64,000 nt of DNA from Actinomycetota bacterium (GTDB taxonomy: Bacteria > Actinomycetota > Geothermincolia > Fen-727 > Anoxymicrobiaceae). The translations under genes were made by a program, and so were the position numbers. The stretch covers positions 1,827 to 65,826 of the forward strand of contig JAZDFZ010000025.1 in assembly GCA_043807425.1 (NCBI GenBank), given 5' to 3'. Each line of letters starts with the position of its first letter. The first letter of the stretch is position 1. Below are positions 1 through 9,238 of the stretch, in pieces. Under the pieces are notes generated by a model, which saw nothing but the letters and a program-made list of their open reading frames with translations, had not been told where the DNA came from and did not search any database.

Positions 1-549
1 GAGGATGTCCAGGATAACCAGACCGAGCATCACTGCACCTGATACGCTCGCGAAGTAGGGGAAGGATACCTCCCGGAGAGCCGACTTGTCCGAAAAGACC
101 TTCCTTTTCTCCACCTCTTCAGTGATCCTTTCGTACAACTTCGGAAGGAAAGCGGGAAGCTTCTTGAAGAGCGACACCTCGCTCACTTCCTTCGTCCTGC
201 CCGGGAACATCTCCCTCAGAAGATCGTGTTCGTACCTGTTTAGTCCCTTGAGCGATTGTCCGGTCGAATCGAACTCGAACGTATTGAGCAGCCCGTGCCC
301 CATCTCCTCCACCATCAGGAAACCGCGGTTCGCCAGGTCGATAATGGTCGCGGTGATGTATTGCCTCTTCACCTTCTGGAAGAGCACGAAACCCGCGAGC
401 GCCGGCGGCCACGCGTCCAGGAAGTCCTCGTCGGGTCTCGCCGGCTCGACCCGGCGGACTATCGACTTCTCCATGATGAACATCACGACCGGGACCGCGA
501 GAACATAGACACTCGCCGTCACCAGGCAGAACCCCAGGAGTTTAGACAA
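1..549 (-). CDS. partial membrane protein (first 183 codons; 3' end beyond left edge), resembles the middle region of DUF2207 proteins
   Basis: Minus-strand frame is open and in phase from about 549 (TTG preceded by GGGGG) to position 1. Translation: LSKLLGFCLVTASVYVLAVPVVMFIMEK...WPPALAGFVLFQKVKRQYITATIIDLANRGFLMVEE. 'ATIIDLA.RG.L' parallels 'ATIVDLAIRGKLII' in the DUF2207 protein at 41038-42804. Absent from the ORF track because it has no stop in the window. Confidence 0.45.
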   Translation of the reverse strand, partial: MSKLLGFCLVTASVYVLAVPVVMFIMEKSIVRRVEPARPDEDFLDAWPPALAGFVLFQKVKRQYITATIIDLANRGFLMVEEMGHGLLNTFEFDSTGQSLKGLNRYEHDLLREMFPGRTKEVSEVSLFKKLPAFLPKLYERITEEVEKRKVFSDKSALREVSFPYFASVSGAVMLGLVILDIL

Positions 550-718
550 GTCGCCCCCGTTTGTCGTCAAATGGTTAGTATATGGTCTCTCGGATGCCAC
601 CACCAGACAACCGATGGGAGGACGCGAATGAACGGTACCATCAGGAAGGCCGAGCCCCGCGACGCGGTCGAGATGGCGAAGCTGTACTCCCACTCAACCG
701 AGGCTTCGCCCCGTCGGG

Positions 719-1648
719 TCAGCGCGCTCTTCGGAGGCTGAACTCGAAGCAGGCCCCGTCGTCGTTGCAGGCCCTGACCCCGCTGCCATAGGCGTCAACG
801 ATCTTCCTGACGATGGCGAGTCCGATCCCCGTCCTGCCGTCCGCGCCCTTTACGAACGGCACGAAGATCTCTTGAAGCAGATCCTCCGGGATGCCGGGGC
901 CGTTGTCCCTGACGAGGTACGTGTTCTCTCCGTTACTCGACACCATTCGCACTTCGATTCGGGGCCCTCCGTACGCGATTGCGTTCATGATGAGGTTTGA
1001 GAATACCTGATAGATCTCCAGGTCTGTCGCCCGGACACGGCCCAGGTCATCATCCACCTCGAGCCGGATGTCCTTGCTCTCGATCTCCTCCCGGTTGTCT
1101 CTCAAGACCTCCGCGACCTGCACGGACACATCAACGTCCTCGAGCTGTTTCGGCTGGTCGGCTTCCGCGAAGGTCAGCAGCTCATCTACCAGGTCGTTAC
1201 CGCGAAGCGCGCTCCTGAGTGCTATGTCCGACAGTTCCCTGGCCGTCTCGAGCGAGTCGGCTGTCGGCCGTTTCAGCATCTCCTTGATAGCGTGGAGAGA
1301 GGTCGCCACACTCGCGATCGGGCCTTTGAGGTCGTGAGAAACAGTGTGCGCATATACGGCCAGCTCCGCGTTGGACCTCTTGAGATCCTCGGAAAGCTCC
1401 TTGTATCGCGCTTCGGATTCCTGCAGGCTGGTCACGGTCCGCCAGAGGAAGTAGTACGCCAACCCTATGACAAACGCCGTCAGGACCGTGGAGGATGCGA
1501 AATTGAACGCGAACGACGTCCATGTGTCGTCTTCCGCTATGAGGTAATAGAGGTTGAGACCCAGGACGTATGCCTCTACCGTCAGGAAGATCCCCAGCAG
1601 CAGCCATCGATAGAACCGCAGTTGCTTGTTGTCCTTCAAGAGCACCAC
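719..1648 (-). CDS. sensor histidine kinase (orphan)
   Basis: 309 aa with two N-terminal TM helices. H-box HTVSHDLKGPIASV, N-box NLIMNAIAYG, G1 DNGPGIP, G2 GIGLAIVRKIV. GTG start. Confidence 0.9.
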   Translation of the reverse strand: MVLLKDNKQLRFYRWLLLGIFLTVEAYVLGLNLYYLIAEDDTWTSFAFNFASSTVLTAFVIGLAYYFLWRTVTSLQESEARYKELSEDLKRSNAELAVYAHTVSHDLKGPIASVATSLHAIKEMLKRPTADSLETARELSDIALRSALRGNDLVDELLTFAEADQPKQLEDVDVSVQVAEVLRDNREEIESKDIRLEVDDDLGRVRATDLEIYQVFSNLIMNAIAYGGPRIEVRMVSSNGENTYLVRDNGPGIPEDLLQEIFVPFVKGADGRTGIGLAIVRKIVDAYGSGVRACNDDGACFEFSLRRAR

Positions 1649-1775
1649 CTGAAGCCGGCCTTGATAGTTTCAAGAATGTTGTCCCCTGGTAAGCCCAGCC
1701 GGTCTCTATCCTACTATCGTTTGCCGAACCCGGCCACCTAAGCCCGGGCTTGCCGCGATATCCACCGAAAACCGG

Positions 1776-1804
1776 GTGAAACATTGCCGTTTCGGTGTAT
1801 AAAT
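1776..1804 (+). promoter_or_regulatory. candidate sigma70-type promoter for the giant surface protein gene
   Basis: GTGAAA, 16 nt spacer, then TATAAAT (1798-1804), sitting in a locally AT-richer patch about 135 nt upstream of ATG 1941. Weak -35. Confidence 0.25.
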
Positions 1805-1940
1805 AGGTGGGTGGGTATTTACGGCGGGTTTCTCCCGTCCAAATTCGTTGTGCTCCCGGCGCGGGTCCATTCACCAGGCCGGCCCGGGCCGTGTCCCCCA
1901 CTCAAGGACCGATATCGAAAGACCTTGGGAGGCCGTATCG

Positions 1941-4900
1941 ATGGGTTCAATAAGCATGATGTTCCGTCGAGGCAGAAAGGCGATAGCCGCCGCCGTTTTC
2001 GGGGTGCTGCTCGCGGCGTTGTTCGTCTCCCTGGGGGCGGTCGTTCCCATGGGCCGGTCGGAGGCCAGGGCCGCCGACAACGTGAACCACGGGGACCTCT
2101 CGAGCATCCAGGAGAAGGTGTGGTACCTGGCGGAGGGGTACACGGGCGGGGGGTTCGACACCTGGGTGCTGGTGCAGAACCCGTCCGATGAAGCGGCCTC
2201 GGTCACCATGGAGTTCCAGCTTCCCGGGGGGACCTACGCCCAGCCCTTCAGCCTCACGGTGCCCGCCAACACCCGGCAGAGCGTCCACCTGGACGAGCTT
2301 GCCGGCCTCGCGGATACAGAGGTCTCGACGCGCGTGACCTCCGACAGGGGTGTCTTCGTGGAGAGATCGGTCTACTTCGACTACGCGGGCATCCGCGGCG
2401 GCACAAGCACCGTGGGCTGCGTCTGCCCTGACTTCAACTGGCTCTTCGCCGAGGGCTACACGGGGAGCGCCTTCGACACCTATGTCCTGGTGCAGAACCC
2501 CGGTGACAGGGTGGCTCAAGTCACCATGGATTTCCAGCTTCCCCCGGGCGCGACAGCCGAGCCTCATACCTTCGAGGTCCCACCCGGCACCCGCCGGACG
2601 ATCAAGCTCGACGACCTGCCCGGCCTGGGCTCCACCGACGTGTCCACCAAGGTATCCTCCACCCAGCCCGTGGTCGCCGAGAGGGCGATGTACTTCGACT
2701 ACTACGGGAACGACGGGGGGCACTGCTCGCTGGGCGCCACCAGCACCGACCAGCAGTTCTACATCCCGGAGGGGTATACCGGGGGCAGCTTCGACACCTA
2801 CCTCCTGGTCCAGAACCCGGGAGACGAGCAGGCGGAGGTTGTTGTCGAGTTCCAACTCCCGGACGGCCTCTTTGGGGACCGCGTCACCTTCAACCTGCCG
2901 GCCGGGACCCGCCAGACCCTGAAGGTGGACGACGTTGCCAACCTCGCCTCGACGGACGTTTCCACTATCGTCTACACCGACGTCCCCGCCGTGGTCGAGA
3001 GGGCCATGTACTTCGACAGCGAGGGACACGACGGCGGTTCGTGCTCGCAGGCCTCCGACTCGGTCAGCGACACCTGGCACGTGCCCGAAGGCTGCACGCG
3101 CGAGGGGTTCGACACCTGGATCCTGCTGCAGAACCCCACCGATGAAACCGTGCACGCCACGCTGGAGTTCCAGCTGGCGCCGGGGTACTCCTACCCGCCG
3201 TACGGGCTGGATGTGCCGGCCAGGGGGCGAAGGACGGTCCACCTGAACGAGCTGGAGGGATTCCCCCGGGTCGACGTATCCACCACCGTGCGCTCCGACC
3301 TCCCGCTGGTAGTCGAGTCATCCATGTACTTCGACTACGAGGGCCGGAGGGGGGGACACACCTCCCTCGGCCACATCCCCAACATGCTGATGCCCGAAGG
3401 GGTCATCCTCGACGAGGTCACCGCGTCGCACGTGACCTCCGCGCCGGACGGCAAGGTGGTGTTCGCGGGGACCACCGGGCTGCTCCAGACCATCGAGGCG
3501 GGCAGGGTCATCTGCTCAGGCGCGAGCCAGGGGGCGCCGAACGGCTTCCTCAGGAAGGTCACCGAGGTACAGCGGGTCGGGGGCGTGACCACCCTGATCA
3601 CCGAGCAGGCCTCGGTGGTCGAGCTGATCCGCTACGGGAACTTCTACGGGACCAGCGAGACACCGGTGCCTGCGGGCGGGGTGAACGTCAACGTCCCGTT
3701 CGACATCGACCTGCTGGGAAAGGGCGAGCTGAAGGGGGACGTCGATCTCACCATAGGCCTGGACATCTCCATCCATATCAAGTGGAAGTGGAAGGTGATC
3801 CCCGTCGGTTTCACCTTCAGCATAGCGGCGAGCGTCGGAGAGAAGGTCAGCCTCGAGCTCAAGGCGAACGCCGACTTCAGCCTCACCCAGGAGGTCAAGA
3901 TAAAGACCTTCTACCTGGACCCGATAGACGCGGGTCCGCTGGTCTTCTTCCCGAAGGTGAACATCTTTATCGGCTTTGACGGCTCTGTCGCCGCGGGGAC
4001 GGACTTATTGTGCAGCGAGACCTTGTCGGCATCGGTGGGCTTCGGCTACGACGGGTGGTACACAATCCACGACTTCGACGCGGGCGCCACCGCGGACGCC
4101 AGTATCCCCTACAAGCCCATGGACAACAAGACCTACGTGAAGGAAGAGATCGAGTGCCTGCTCTACGACGTGGTAGGGCCCTACATCGACGTGCTGGAGT
4201 ACATAAGGCTGCACTCGGACCCGAACGAGGACCCCTGGTGGAACCTCTACCTGGGCGTTCAGAGCGACGGTGGGGTGGACATCAACCTGATAGTCTGGCA
4301 CCTCAAGTGGCACGGGGAGATATACGACCACGAATGGCTGATAAAATCCGCGCCCGCTAAGCCGGCTATCACCTCGATATCTCCTGATCCGAGCTTCACG
4401 GGTTCACAGGTCACCATCAGCGGTGCCCACTTCGGGGGCTCGAAGGCCGGAAGCTGGTACGCAGACTTCGGGGGCGTGCACGCGCAGGACTACGCGCAGT
4501 GGACGGACGGCACTATAGTCTGCACGGTCCCGGCCGGGCTGTCGGGCATCGTGCCGGTGACCGTCTGGAACGACGGAGGGCTCTCTCCTCCGCATAACTT
4601 CCACGTGCAGCCGCACATAACCGGCCTGAGCCCGGGCAGCGGCACGGTCGGCACGCAGGTGACCGTGGACGGCAGCGCCTTCGGCGCCTCGCGGGGCGGC
4701 TCCTACGTCTCGTTCGGGGGCACCCGCGTGACCCAGTACGACTCCTGGACCGACGGGCGCATCGTGTGCAGGGTCCCGGCCGGCGCCTGGGGCAAGGCGC
4801 AGGTGACCGTTGATACCGCCGGGGGGACCTCAAACAGCGTCGAGTTCGACGTGGCGCCGCACATAGACTCGGTGGACCCGACCTCGGGCATCGTCGGTAC

Positions 4901-7883
4901 GCAGGTGACCATCGACGGGAGCGCCTTCGGCGGCAGCCGGGGGACGTCCCTGGTCAGCTTCGGTGGCACGACCGTGACGGAGTACATCTCATGGTCGGAT
5001 ACGGAAGTCGTCTGCAAGGTCCCGCTGGGCGCATCCGGTCAGGTCCAGGTAACCGTCACCACGGAGGGTGGCACGTCCAACGGCGTGACCTTCAAAGTGG
5101 TTCCCCGGATCGACGTCGTGTCACCGACCGCGGGGATGGTCGGTACCGAGGTCACGATATCAGGCAGCGCCTTCGGCGGTTCGCAGGGCGGCTCGTACGT
5201 CTCGTTCGGCGATACCAGGGCCAGCTCTTACGTGGTGTGGTCGGATACGCAGGTGGTCTGCCACGTGCCGCTCGGAGCCTCGGGCAAGACCCAGGTGACG
5301 GTCACGACCCCGGGTGGGACATCGAACGGCGCGGACTTCAGCGTCGTCCCGTACCTGAGCGAGATCGATCCGATTTCCGGCATCGTCGGAACCCAGGTCA
5401 CGCTCTCCGGTACCGCCTTTGGCGACGCCAGGGGTTCCTCATACGTCTCCTTCGGGGGTACAAAGGCTACGAGTTACCAGTCGTGGTCGGATACCGTGGT
5501 CGTCTGCAAGGTCCCTCTGGGGGCCTCGGGCAACGTCCAGGTCAGCCTCACCACCGGCGGGGGGACCTCGAACGCCTTCGGGTTCGCGGTCGTACCCGAC
5601 ATCAAGGACCTCGATCCCGCGGAGGGAATCGTCGGGACGCAGGTGACCGTAAACGGCAGCGCCTTCGGCGGTAGCCGGGGCGCCTCCGTGGTGAGCTTCG
5701 GTGGCACGGCCGTGGCGGAGTACGTCTCCTGGTCCGATACCCAGGTCGTCTGCAAGGTCCCGCAGGGGGTATCCGGGCAGGTCCAGGTGACCCTGACCAC
5801 GGAGGGCGGCACCTCCAGCGGGGTCACCTTCGACGTGGTGCCCGATATCGACTCCATCGATCCGACCTCGGGCATCGTCGGTACGCAGGTGACCGCCAAC
5901 GGCACCGCGTTCGGCGCGACCCAGGACGGCTCCATCGTCCGGTTCGACGGCGTCCAGGTCACCGATTATGTATCGTGGTCCGACACCCGGGTGGTGTGCC
6001 AGGTCCCGCTGGGGGCCTCGGGAATCGCCTCGGTGACCATCACCACGGCGGGAGGCACCTCGAACGGGGTTGATTTCAGCGTCATCCCGCATGTCGACTC
6101 CATCGAGCCGGCCGCGGCCCCGGTGGGCACGCAGGTCACCCTCGACGGCAGCGCGTTCGGAGCATCACAGGGCGACTCCTACGTCTCCTTCGGCGACACG
6201 AAGGTGGCGGATTATCAGTCCTGGTCCGACACGCGGATCGTCTGCACGGTCCCCGACTCCGTGTTCGGGATAGTGTCAGTGTCGGTGACGACCGAAGGCG
6301 GCATGTCCAACCAGACACCGTTCGACGTGAACCCGCATATAGCGAACCTGAACCCGAAGAACGGGGGCATGCTCACCGCGATAACCATCACCGGTAGCGC
6401 CTTCGGTCCCCAGAAGAGCGGCTCGGCCGTGCTTTTCGGGACGACCGAGGCCGCGGGATACACGCAGTGGACCAATAACACGATACGCTGCGTCGTTCCC
6501 GAGGGCCCCACCGCCGGTACGGTATCGGTGGTGACCGACGGCGGCCAGAGCAACGGGATGGAGTTCACGGTGTTGACCCCGGACTGGTATCTCGCCGAGG
6601 GCACGACCGCCTGGGGCTTCGATTCGTACCTGTCCATCGAGAACCCGAACGACGACAAGGTCGACGTGACGGTGACCTACATGCTGCCGCAGGGAGAGGC
6701 CCCGACCCAGGAGTTGACCCTGCCGGCGCACAGCCAGACCACGGTCAATCCCGAGGATTACCTCGAGTTCGAGACCGACTTCTCGACGCGGGTGGTATGC
6801 ACCGAGGGCAAGATGATCGCCGTGGACAGGACCATGCAGTGGACCGGCACGGGCGCGCCTTCCCCTGACGGGCACTGCTCCATAGGAGTCGTTGCGCCCG
6901 CGAAGACGTGGTTCCTTCCCGAAGGCTCCTCGAACTGGGGGTTCGAGACCTGGCTGCTGATACAGAACCCCAACGACCGCGAGGCGGTCTGCGAGGTGAC
7001 CTACATGCCGGAGGGCGGCGAGACGCGCACGTTCTTCAAGAAGATACCGGCATTTTCCAGGCGCAGCTACAGCATGGCCGAGGACATGGGCGCCGTGGAC
7101 GCCTCCATCAGGGTGAACTGCGAGCTGCCGGTCATCCCGGAGAGGTCTATGTACCGGAATTCCCGCAGGGAAGGCCACTGCTCCATCGGTACCACCCTTC
7201 CGGCCCACGGCTACTATCTGGCCATGGCGGGCAGGGGCCTGTCCCACGACTGCTACCTCGCGGAGGGAAGCACCGACTGGGGATTCACCACCTACCTGCT
7301 GGTGCAGAACCCCAACAACGACCCGGCCTCGGTGGACGTAACCTACATGCTGTCGGACGGAGCCATGCCCCAGGAGGTCTTCGTGATGCCCCCGAGGTCG
7401 CGAAAGACCATCAAAGTGAACGACGTGCTCCCGAACCGGGACTTCGCCATACACGTTCACGGCAGTATCCCGGTGGCCGCGGAGAGATCCATGTATTGGG
7501 GCGGCGGGACCGCGCTCGGCGAGGCCACCCACGACACCATAGGCATGACCGATATCCACAACACCTTCTTCTTCCCCGACGGTGAGGTGTCGGACGGCAG
7601 GGAGACCTTCACCTGCCTGATGAACCCGAACCAGTCACCGGTGGTGGTCGAGGTCTCCTACCTGGGCTCGGACGGCAAGGTGCTCGCCAGCTTCCTCGAC
7701 ACGCTCATGCCGCTCACCAGGCAGACCTACGACATGGCCGACCGCGTGGTGGTCGGCAGGGCCTCGGTGCTGGTGAGAGTGACCACCCCGGGCATGCGCA
7801 TAATGGCGGAGCGCGCCATGTACTGGAACAACCGCGGGGCCGGCACCTGTACGATCGGAGGCTTCGAGGACCGGGAGCCCTGA
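1941..7883 (+). CDS. giant secreted repeat protein (putative cell-surface / S-layer-like)
   Basis: ORF 1848-7883. Preferred start is ATG 1941 (GGGAGG 8 nt upstream), giving signal peptide MGSISMMFRRGRKAIAAAVFGVLLAALFVSLGAVVPMGRSEARA. Contains 8 modules of about 104 aa and 9 IPT/TIG-like repeats of about 82 aa. Confidence 0.9.
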   Translation: MGSISMMFRRGRKAIAAAVFGVLLAALFVSLGAVVPMGRSEARAADNVNHGDLSSIQEKVWYLAEGYTGGGFDTWVLVQNPSDEAASVTMEFQLPGGTYAQPFSLTVPANTRQSVHLDELAGLADTEVSTRVTSDRGVFVERSVYFDYAGIRGGTSTVGCVCPDFNWLFAEGYTGSAFDTYVLVQNPGDRVAQVTMDFQLPPGATAEPHTFEVPPGTRRTIKLDDLPGLGSTDVSTKVSSTQPVVAERAMYFDYYGNDGGHCSLGATSTDQQFYIPEGYTGGSFDTYLLVQNPGDEQAEVVVEFQLPDGLFGDRVTFNLPAGTRQTLKVDDVANLASTDVSTIVYTDVPAVVERAMYFDSEGHDGGSCSQASDSVSDTWHVPEGCTREGFDTWILLQNPTDETVHATLEFQLAPGYSYPPYGLDVPARGRRTVHLNELEGFPRVDVSTTVRSDLPLVVESSMYFDYEGRRGGHTSLGHIPNMLMPEGVILDEVTASHVTSAPDGKVVFAGTTGLLQTIEAGRVICSGASQGAPNGFLRKVTEVQRVGGVTTLITEQASVVELIRYGNFYGTSETPVPAGGVNVNVPFDIDLLGKGELKGDVDLTIGLDISIHIKWKWKVIPVGFTFSIAASVGEKVSLELKANADFSLTQEVKIKTFYLDPIDAGPLVFFPKVNIFIGFDGSVAAGTDLLCSETLSASVGFGYDGWYTIHDFDAGATADASIPYKPMDNKTYVKEEIECLLYDVVGPYIDVLEYIRLHSDPNEDPWWNLYLGVQSDGGVDINLIVWHLKWHGEIYDHEWLIKSAPAKPAITSISPDPSFTGSQVTISGAHFGGSKAGSWYADFGGVHAQDYAQWTDGTIVCTVPAGLSGIVPVTVWNDGGLSPPHNFHVQPHITGLSPGSGTVGTQVTVDGSAFGASRGGSYVSFGGTRVTQYDSWTDGRIVCRVPAGAWGKAQVTVDTAGGTSNSVEFDVAPHIDSVDPTSGIVGTQVTIDGSAFGGSRGTSLVSFGGTTVTEYISWSDTEVVCKVPLGASGQVQVTVTTEGGTSNGVTFKVVPRIDVVSPTAGMVGTEVTISGSAFGGSQGGSYVSFGDTRASSYVVWSDTQVVCHVPLGASGKTQVTVTTPGGTSNGADFSVVPYLSEIDPISGIVGTQVTLSGTAFGDARGSSYVSFGGTKATSYQSWSDTVVVCKVPLGASGNVQVSLTTGGGTSNAFGFAVVPDIKDLDPAEGIVGTQVTVNGSAFGGSRGASVVSFGGTAVAEYVSWSDTQVVCKVPQGVSGQVQVTLTTEGGTSSGVTFDVVPDIDSIDPTSGIVGTQVTANGTAFGATQDGSIVRFDGVQVTDYVSWSDTRVVCQVPLGASGIASVTITTAGGTSNGVDFSVIPHVDSIEPAAAPVGTQVTLDGSAFGASQGDSYVSFGDTKVADYQSWSDTRIVCTVPDSVFGIVSVSVTTEGGMSNQTPFDVNPHIANLNPKNGGMLTAITITGSAFGPQKSGSAVLFGTTEAAGYTQWTNNTIRCVVPEGPTAGTVSVVTDGGQSNGMEFTVLTPDWYLAEGTTAWGFDSYLSIENPNDDKVDVTVTYMLPQGEAPTQELTLPAHSQTTVNPEDYLEFETDFSTRVVCTEGKMIAVDRTMQWTGTGAPSPDGHCSIGVVAPAKTWFLPEGSSNWGFETWLLIQNPNDREAVCEVTYMPEGGETRTFFKKIPAFSRRSYSMAEDMGAVDASIRVNCELPVIPERSMYRNSRREGHCSIGTTLPAHGYYLAMAGRGLSHDCYLAEGSTDWGFTTYLLVQNPNNDPASVDVTYMLSDGAMPQEVFVMPPRSRKTIKVNDVLPNRDFAIHVHGSIPVAAERSMYWGGGTALGEATHDTIGMTDIHNTFFFPDGEVSDGRETFTCLMNPNQSPVVVEVSYLGSDGKVLASFLDTLMPLTRQTYDMADRVVVGRASVLVRVTTPGMRIMAERAMYWNNRGAGTCTIGGFEDREP
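2121..3377 (+). repeat. 4 tandem ~104-aa coding modules (W-x-L-AEGYTGGxFDTxxLVQNP ... ERxMYFDY..GG.S..G)
   Basis: Module heads WYLAEGYTGGGFDTWVLVQNP, WLFAEGYTGSAFDTYVLVQNP, FYIPEGYTGGSFDTYLLVQNP and WHVPEGCTREGFDTWILLQNP, each ending in an ER.MYFD..G..GG motif. Confidence 0.85.
4362..6572 (+). repeat. 9 tandem IPT/TIG-type repeats (246-bp / 82-aa period)
   Basis: Repeated pattern P.I.S.DP.SGIVGTQVT..GSAFG..RG.S.VSFGGT.V..Y.SWSDT.VVCKVP.GASG.VQVTVTT.GGTSN.V.F.V, counted 9 times. 2211 nt / 9 = 246. Confidence 0.85.
6582..7880 (+). repeat. 4 further ~104-aa AEG-type modules (diverged: AEGTTAWGFDS, PEGSSNWGFET, AEGSTDWGFTT, PDGEVSDGRET)
   Basis: Same module layout as 2121-3377 (x-AEG-x-T-xx-GF-x-T..L.QNPN ... 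ER.MY) but a diverged subfamily with W-G-F. Confidence 0.8.
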
Positions 7884-7896
7884 GGCGGGCGCCTCA
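7881..7896. terminator. stop-to-stop palindrome between convergent genes
   Basis: TGAGGCGggCGCCTCA. The TGA of the giant gene and the TCA (= TGA on the minus strand) of the NDT-like gene form the two ends of a 7-bp inverted repeat. Confidence 0.25.
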
Positions 7897-8565
7897 CGTT
7901 ATGGCACGAAAGTGATAGGCCTGCGAGGCCTCGCATGCGGCCGCCAGTTCCTCGAAGAGCTCCGTCGGTCCGGCCTTCGAGCCGGGTTCGTTGAACCGCT
8001 GCAGAGATTCCCAGACCTTGCGCCCGAGGTCGGCGTTGAGCTTCACGAGCGGCGGAAGGTCCCCGGGCCTGTGGCCCTGCTCCCGGCAGCGCCCGATCGC
8101 TTTCTCGACCTCGCCCGGCAACCGGGCCGCTTCTCTGACTGGTACGAAGTCCGCTGAGAGCCCCGATATCATGGCGTTGTCGTTGCCGTACAGCTTCGTC
8201 CGGTGGTCCCGCTTGTAGAGGATGACAGGCTTGCCGGCGGTGAAGGCCACGGCGGCAAGGAAGGCGCCCCCGTCGTCGGGCACACGCCCGTTCATGTTGA
8301 AGACGAGGCAGTCGCACCTTCGCACGACCTGGTATACCTCCAGTGCGAACGCGGCGCTCTCAAGCACTGAGCGATACCTGCGCTCCAGCGCGGGGTCGTC
8401 CCCGGGGAGGGTATGTGGCGCGAGGACGGAGCCGATACCGTGACGCGACCTGAGGTAGACCTCGAACCCGCCGCCCTCGAGCAGTGCCGCCAGGCCGGCC
8501 ATGCCCTCCAGCTCCTCGGGGCTGCAGTCCGGTCCGGCGAGGTGGACCTTCAGACGCCGCTCCAA
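7894..8565 (-). CDS. nucleoside 2-deoxyribosyltransferase-like protein, paralog 1 (catalytic Glu position replaced)
   Basis: Core KVHLAGPDCSPEE...CDCLVFNMNGRVPDDGGAFLAAVAFTAGKPVILY aligns with paralog 2 at 10219-10827. Start is uncertain: TTG 8565 sits 1 nt after the deoC stop with GGCGGAGAGG upstream. Alternatives are ATG 8592 and TTG 8622 (the ORF-track start). Confidence 0.6.
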   Translation of the reverse strand: MERRLKVHLAGPDCSPEELEGMAGLAALLEGGGFEVYLRSRHGIGSVLAPHTLPGDDPALERRYRSVLESAAFALEVYQVVRRCDCLVFNMNGRVPDDGGAFLAAVAFTAGKPVILYKRDHRTKLYGNDNAMISGLSADFVPVREAARLPGEVEKAIGRCREQGHRPGDLPPLVKLNADLGRKVWESLQRFNEPGSKAGPTELFEELAAACEASQAYHFRAIT

Positions 8566-8566
8566 C

Positions 8567-9238
8567 TCAGACACCTCTCCGCCTGGCTTCATCGACGATG
8601 TACGCACCGCTGCTGGTGCCAAGGCGGTCGGCCCCGGCGTCGACCATCTCCATCGCCGTGGCGAGATCCCTGATGCCGCCGGACGCCTTGACCCGCGCCT
8701 GGCCCGACACGGCTTCCTTCATCAACTTCACGTCGTGAGCCGTGGCACTGCCGGAGCCGAAGCCCGTGGACGTCTTCACGAAGTCCGCGCCCGCCGCGAC
8801 CGCGAGCCCGCAGGCCTCGACCTTCTCGCCGTCGCTCAACAGGCTGCACTCCAGGATGACCTTGACCAGGGCCCTGCCGTCACACTGCTCTACCACGGCC
8901 CTTATGTCGTCCTGCACCCCGCGCGGATCCCCGCTTTTGAGCGCCCCCACGTTCATGACCAGGTCCACCTCTTCGGTGCCGACATCCAGGGCGTAGCGCG
9001 CCTCGCACGCCTTCGCTTCCGTGGCGGCCGCGCCCAGGGGGAACCCGACGACAACGCAGGTCTTTACGCCGCTTCCCGCGAGCAGGCGGCCTACCGTCTG
9101 CGCGTAGCACGAGTTGACGCACACGGCGGCGAACCCGTAGGAGAGGGCCTCCTCGCAGAGGCTGACGATCTCGTCCCGGGTGGCTTCGGGTCGGAGCAGG
9201 GTCGAATCGATCAGGTCCTTTATCTCCATGCTCCTCAC
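8567..9238 (-). CDS. deoC: deoxyribose-phosphate aldolase
   Basis: 223 aa. IDSTLLRPEAT, CVNSCY, VVGFPLGA, VDLVMNVGALKSGD, VKVILE, FVKTSTGF (Schiff-base Lys region), ASGGIR. The GTG start overlaps the rbsK stop (GTGA). Confidence 0.9.
   Translation of the reverse strand: MRSMEIKDLIDSTLLRPEATRDEIVSLCEEALSYGFAAVCVNSCYAQTVGRLLAGSGVKTCVVVGFPLGAAATEAKACEARYALDVGTEEVDLVMNVGALKSGDPRGVQDDIRAVVEQCDGRALVKVILECSLLSDGEKVEACGLAVAAGADFVKTSTGFGSGSATAHDVKLMKEAVSGQARVKASGGIRDLATAMEMVDAGADRLGTSSGAYIVDEARRRGV

Noticed and set aside
1947-3242. Long antisense ORFs overlapping the giant gene and other genes. Examples: 1947-3242(-), 6276-7559(-), 8501-10105(+), 17654-18988(+), 21928-23463(+), 23971-26010(+), 34391-35719(+), 36745-37758(+), 62033-63283(+).
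   Set aside because: They lie opposite genes with clear family motifs. Their translations are Arg/Pro/Gly/His-rich low-complexity strings with no motifs, as expected for stop-poor antisense frames in high-GC DNA.
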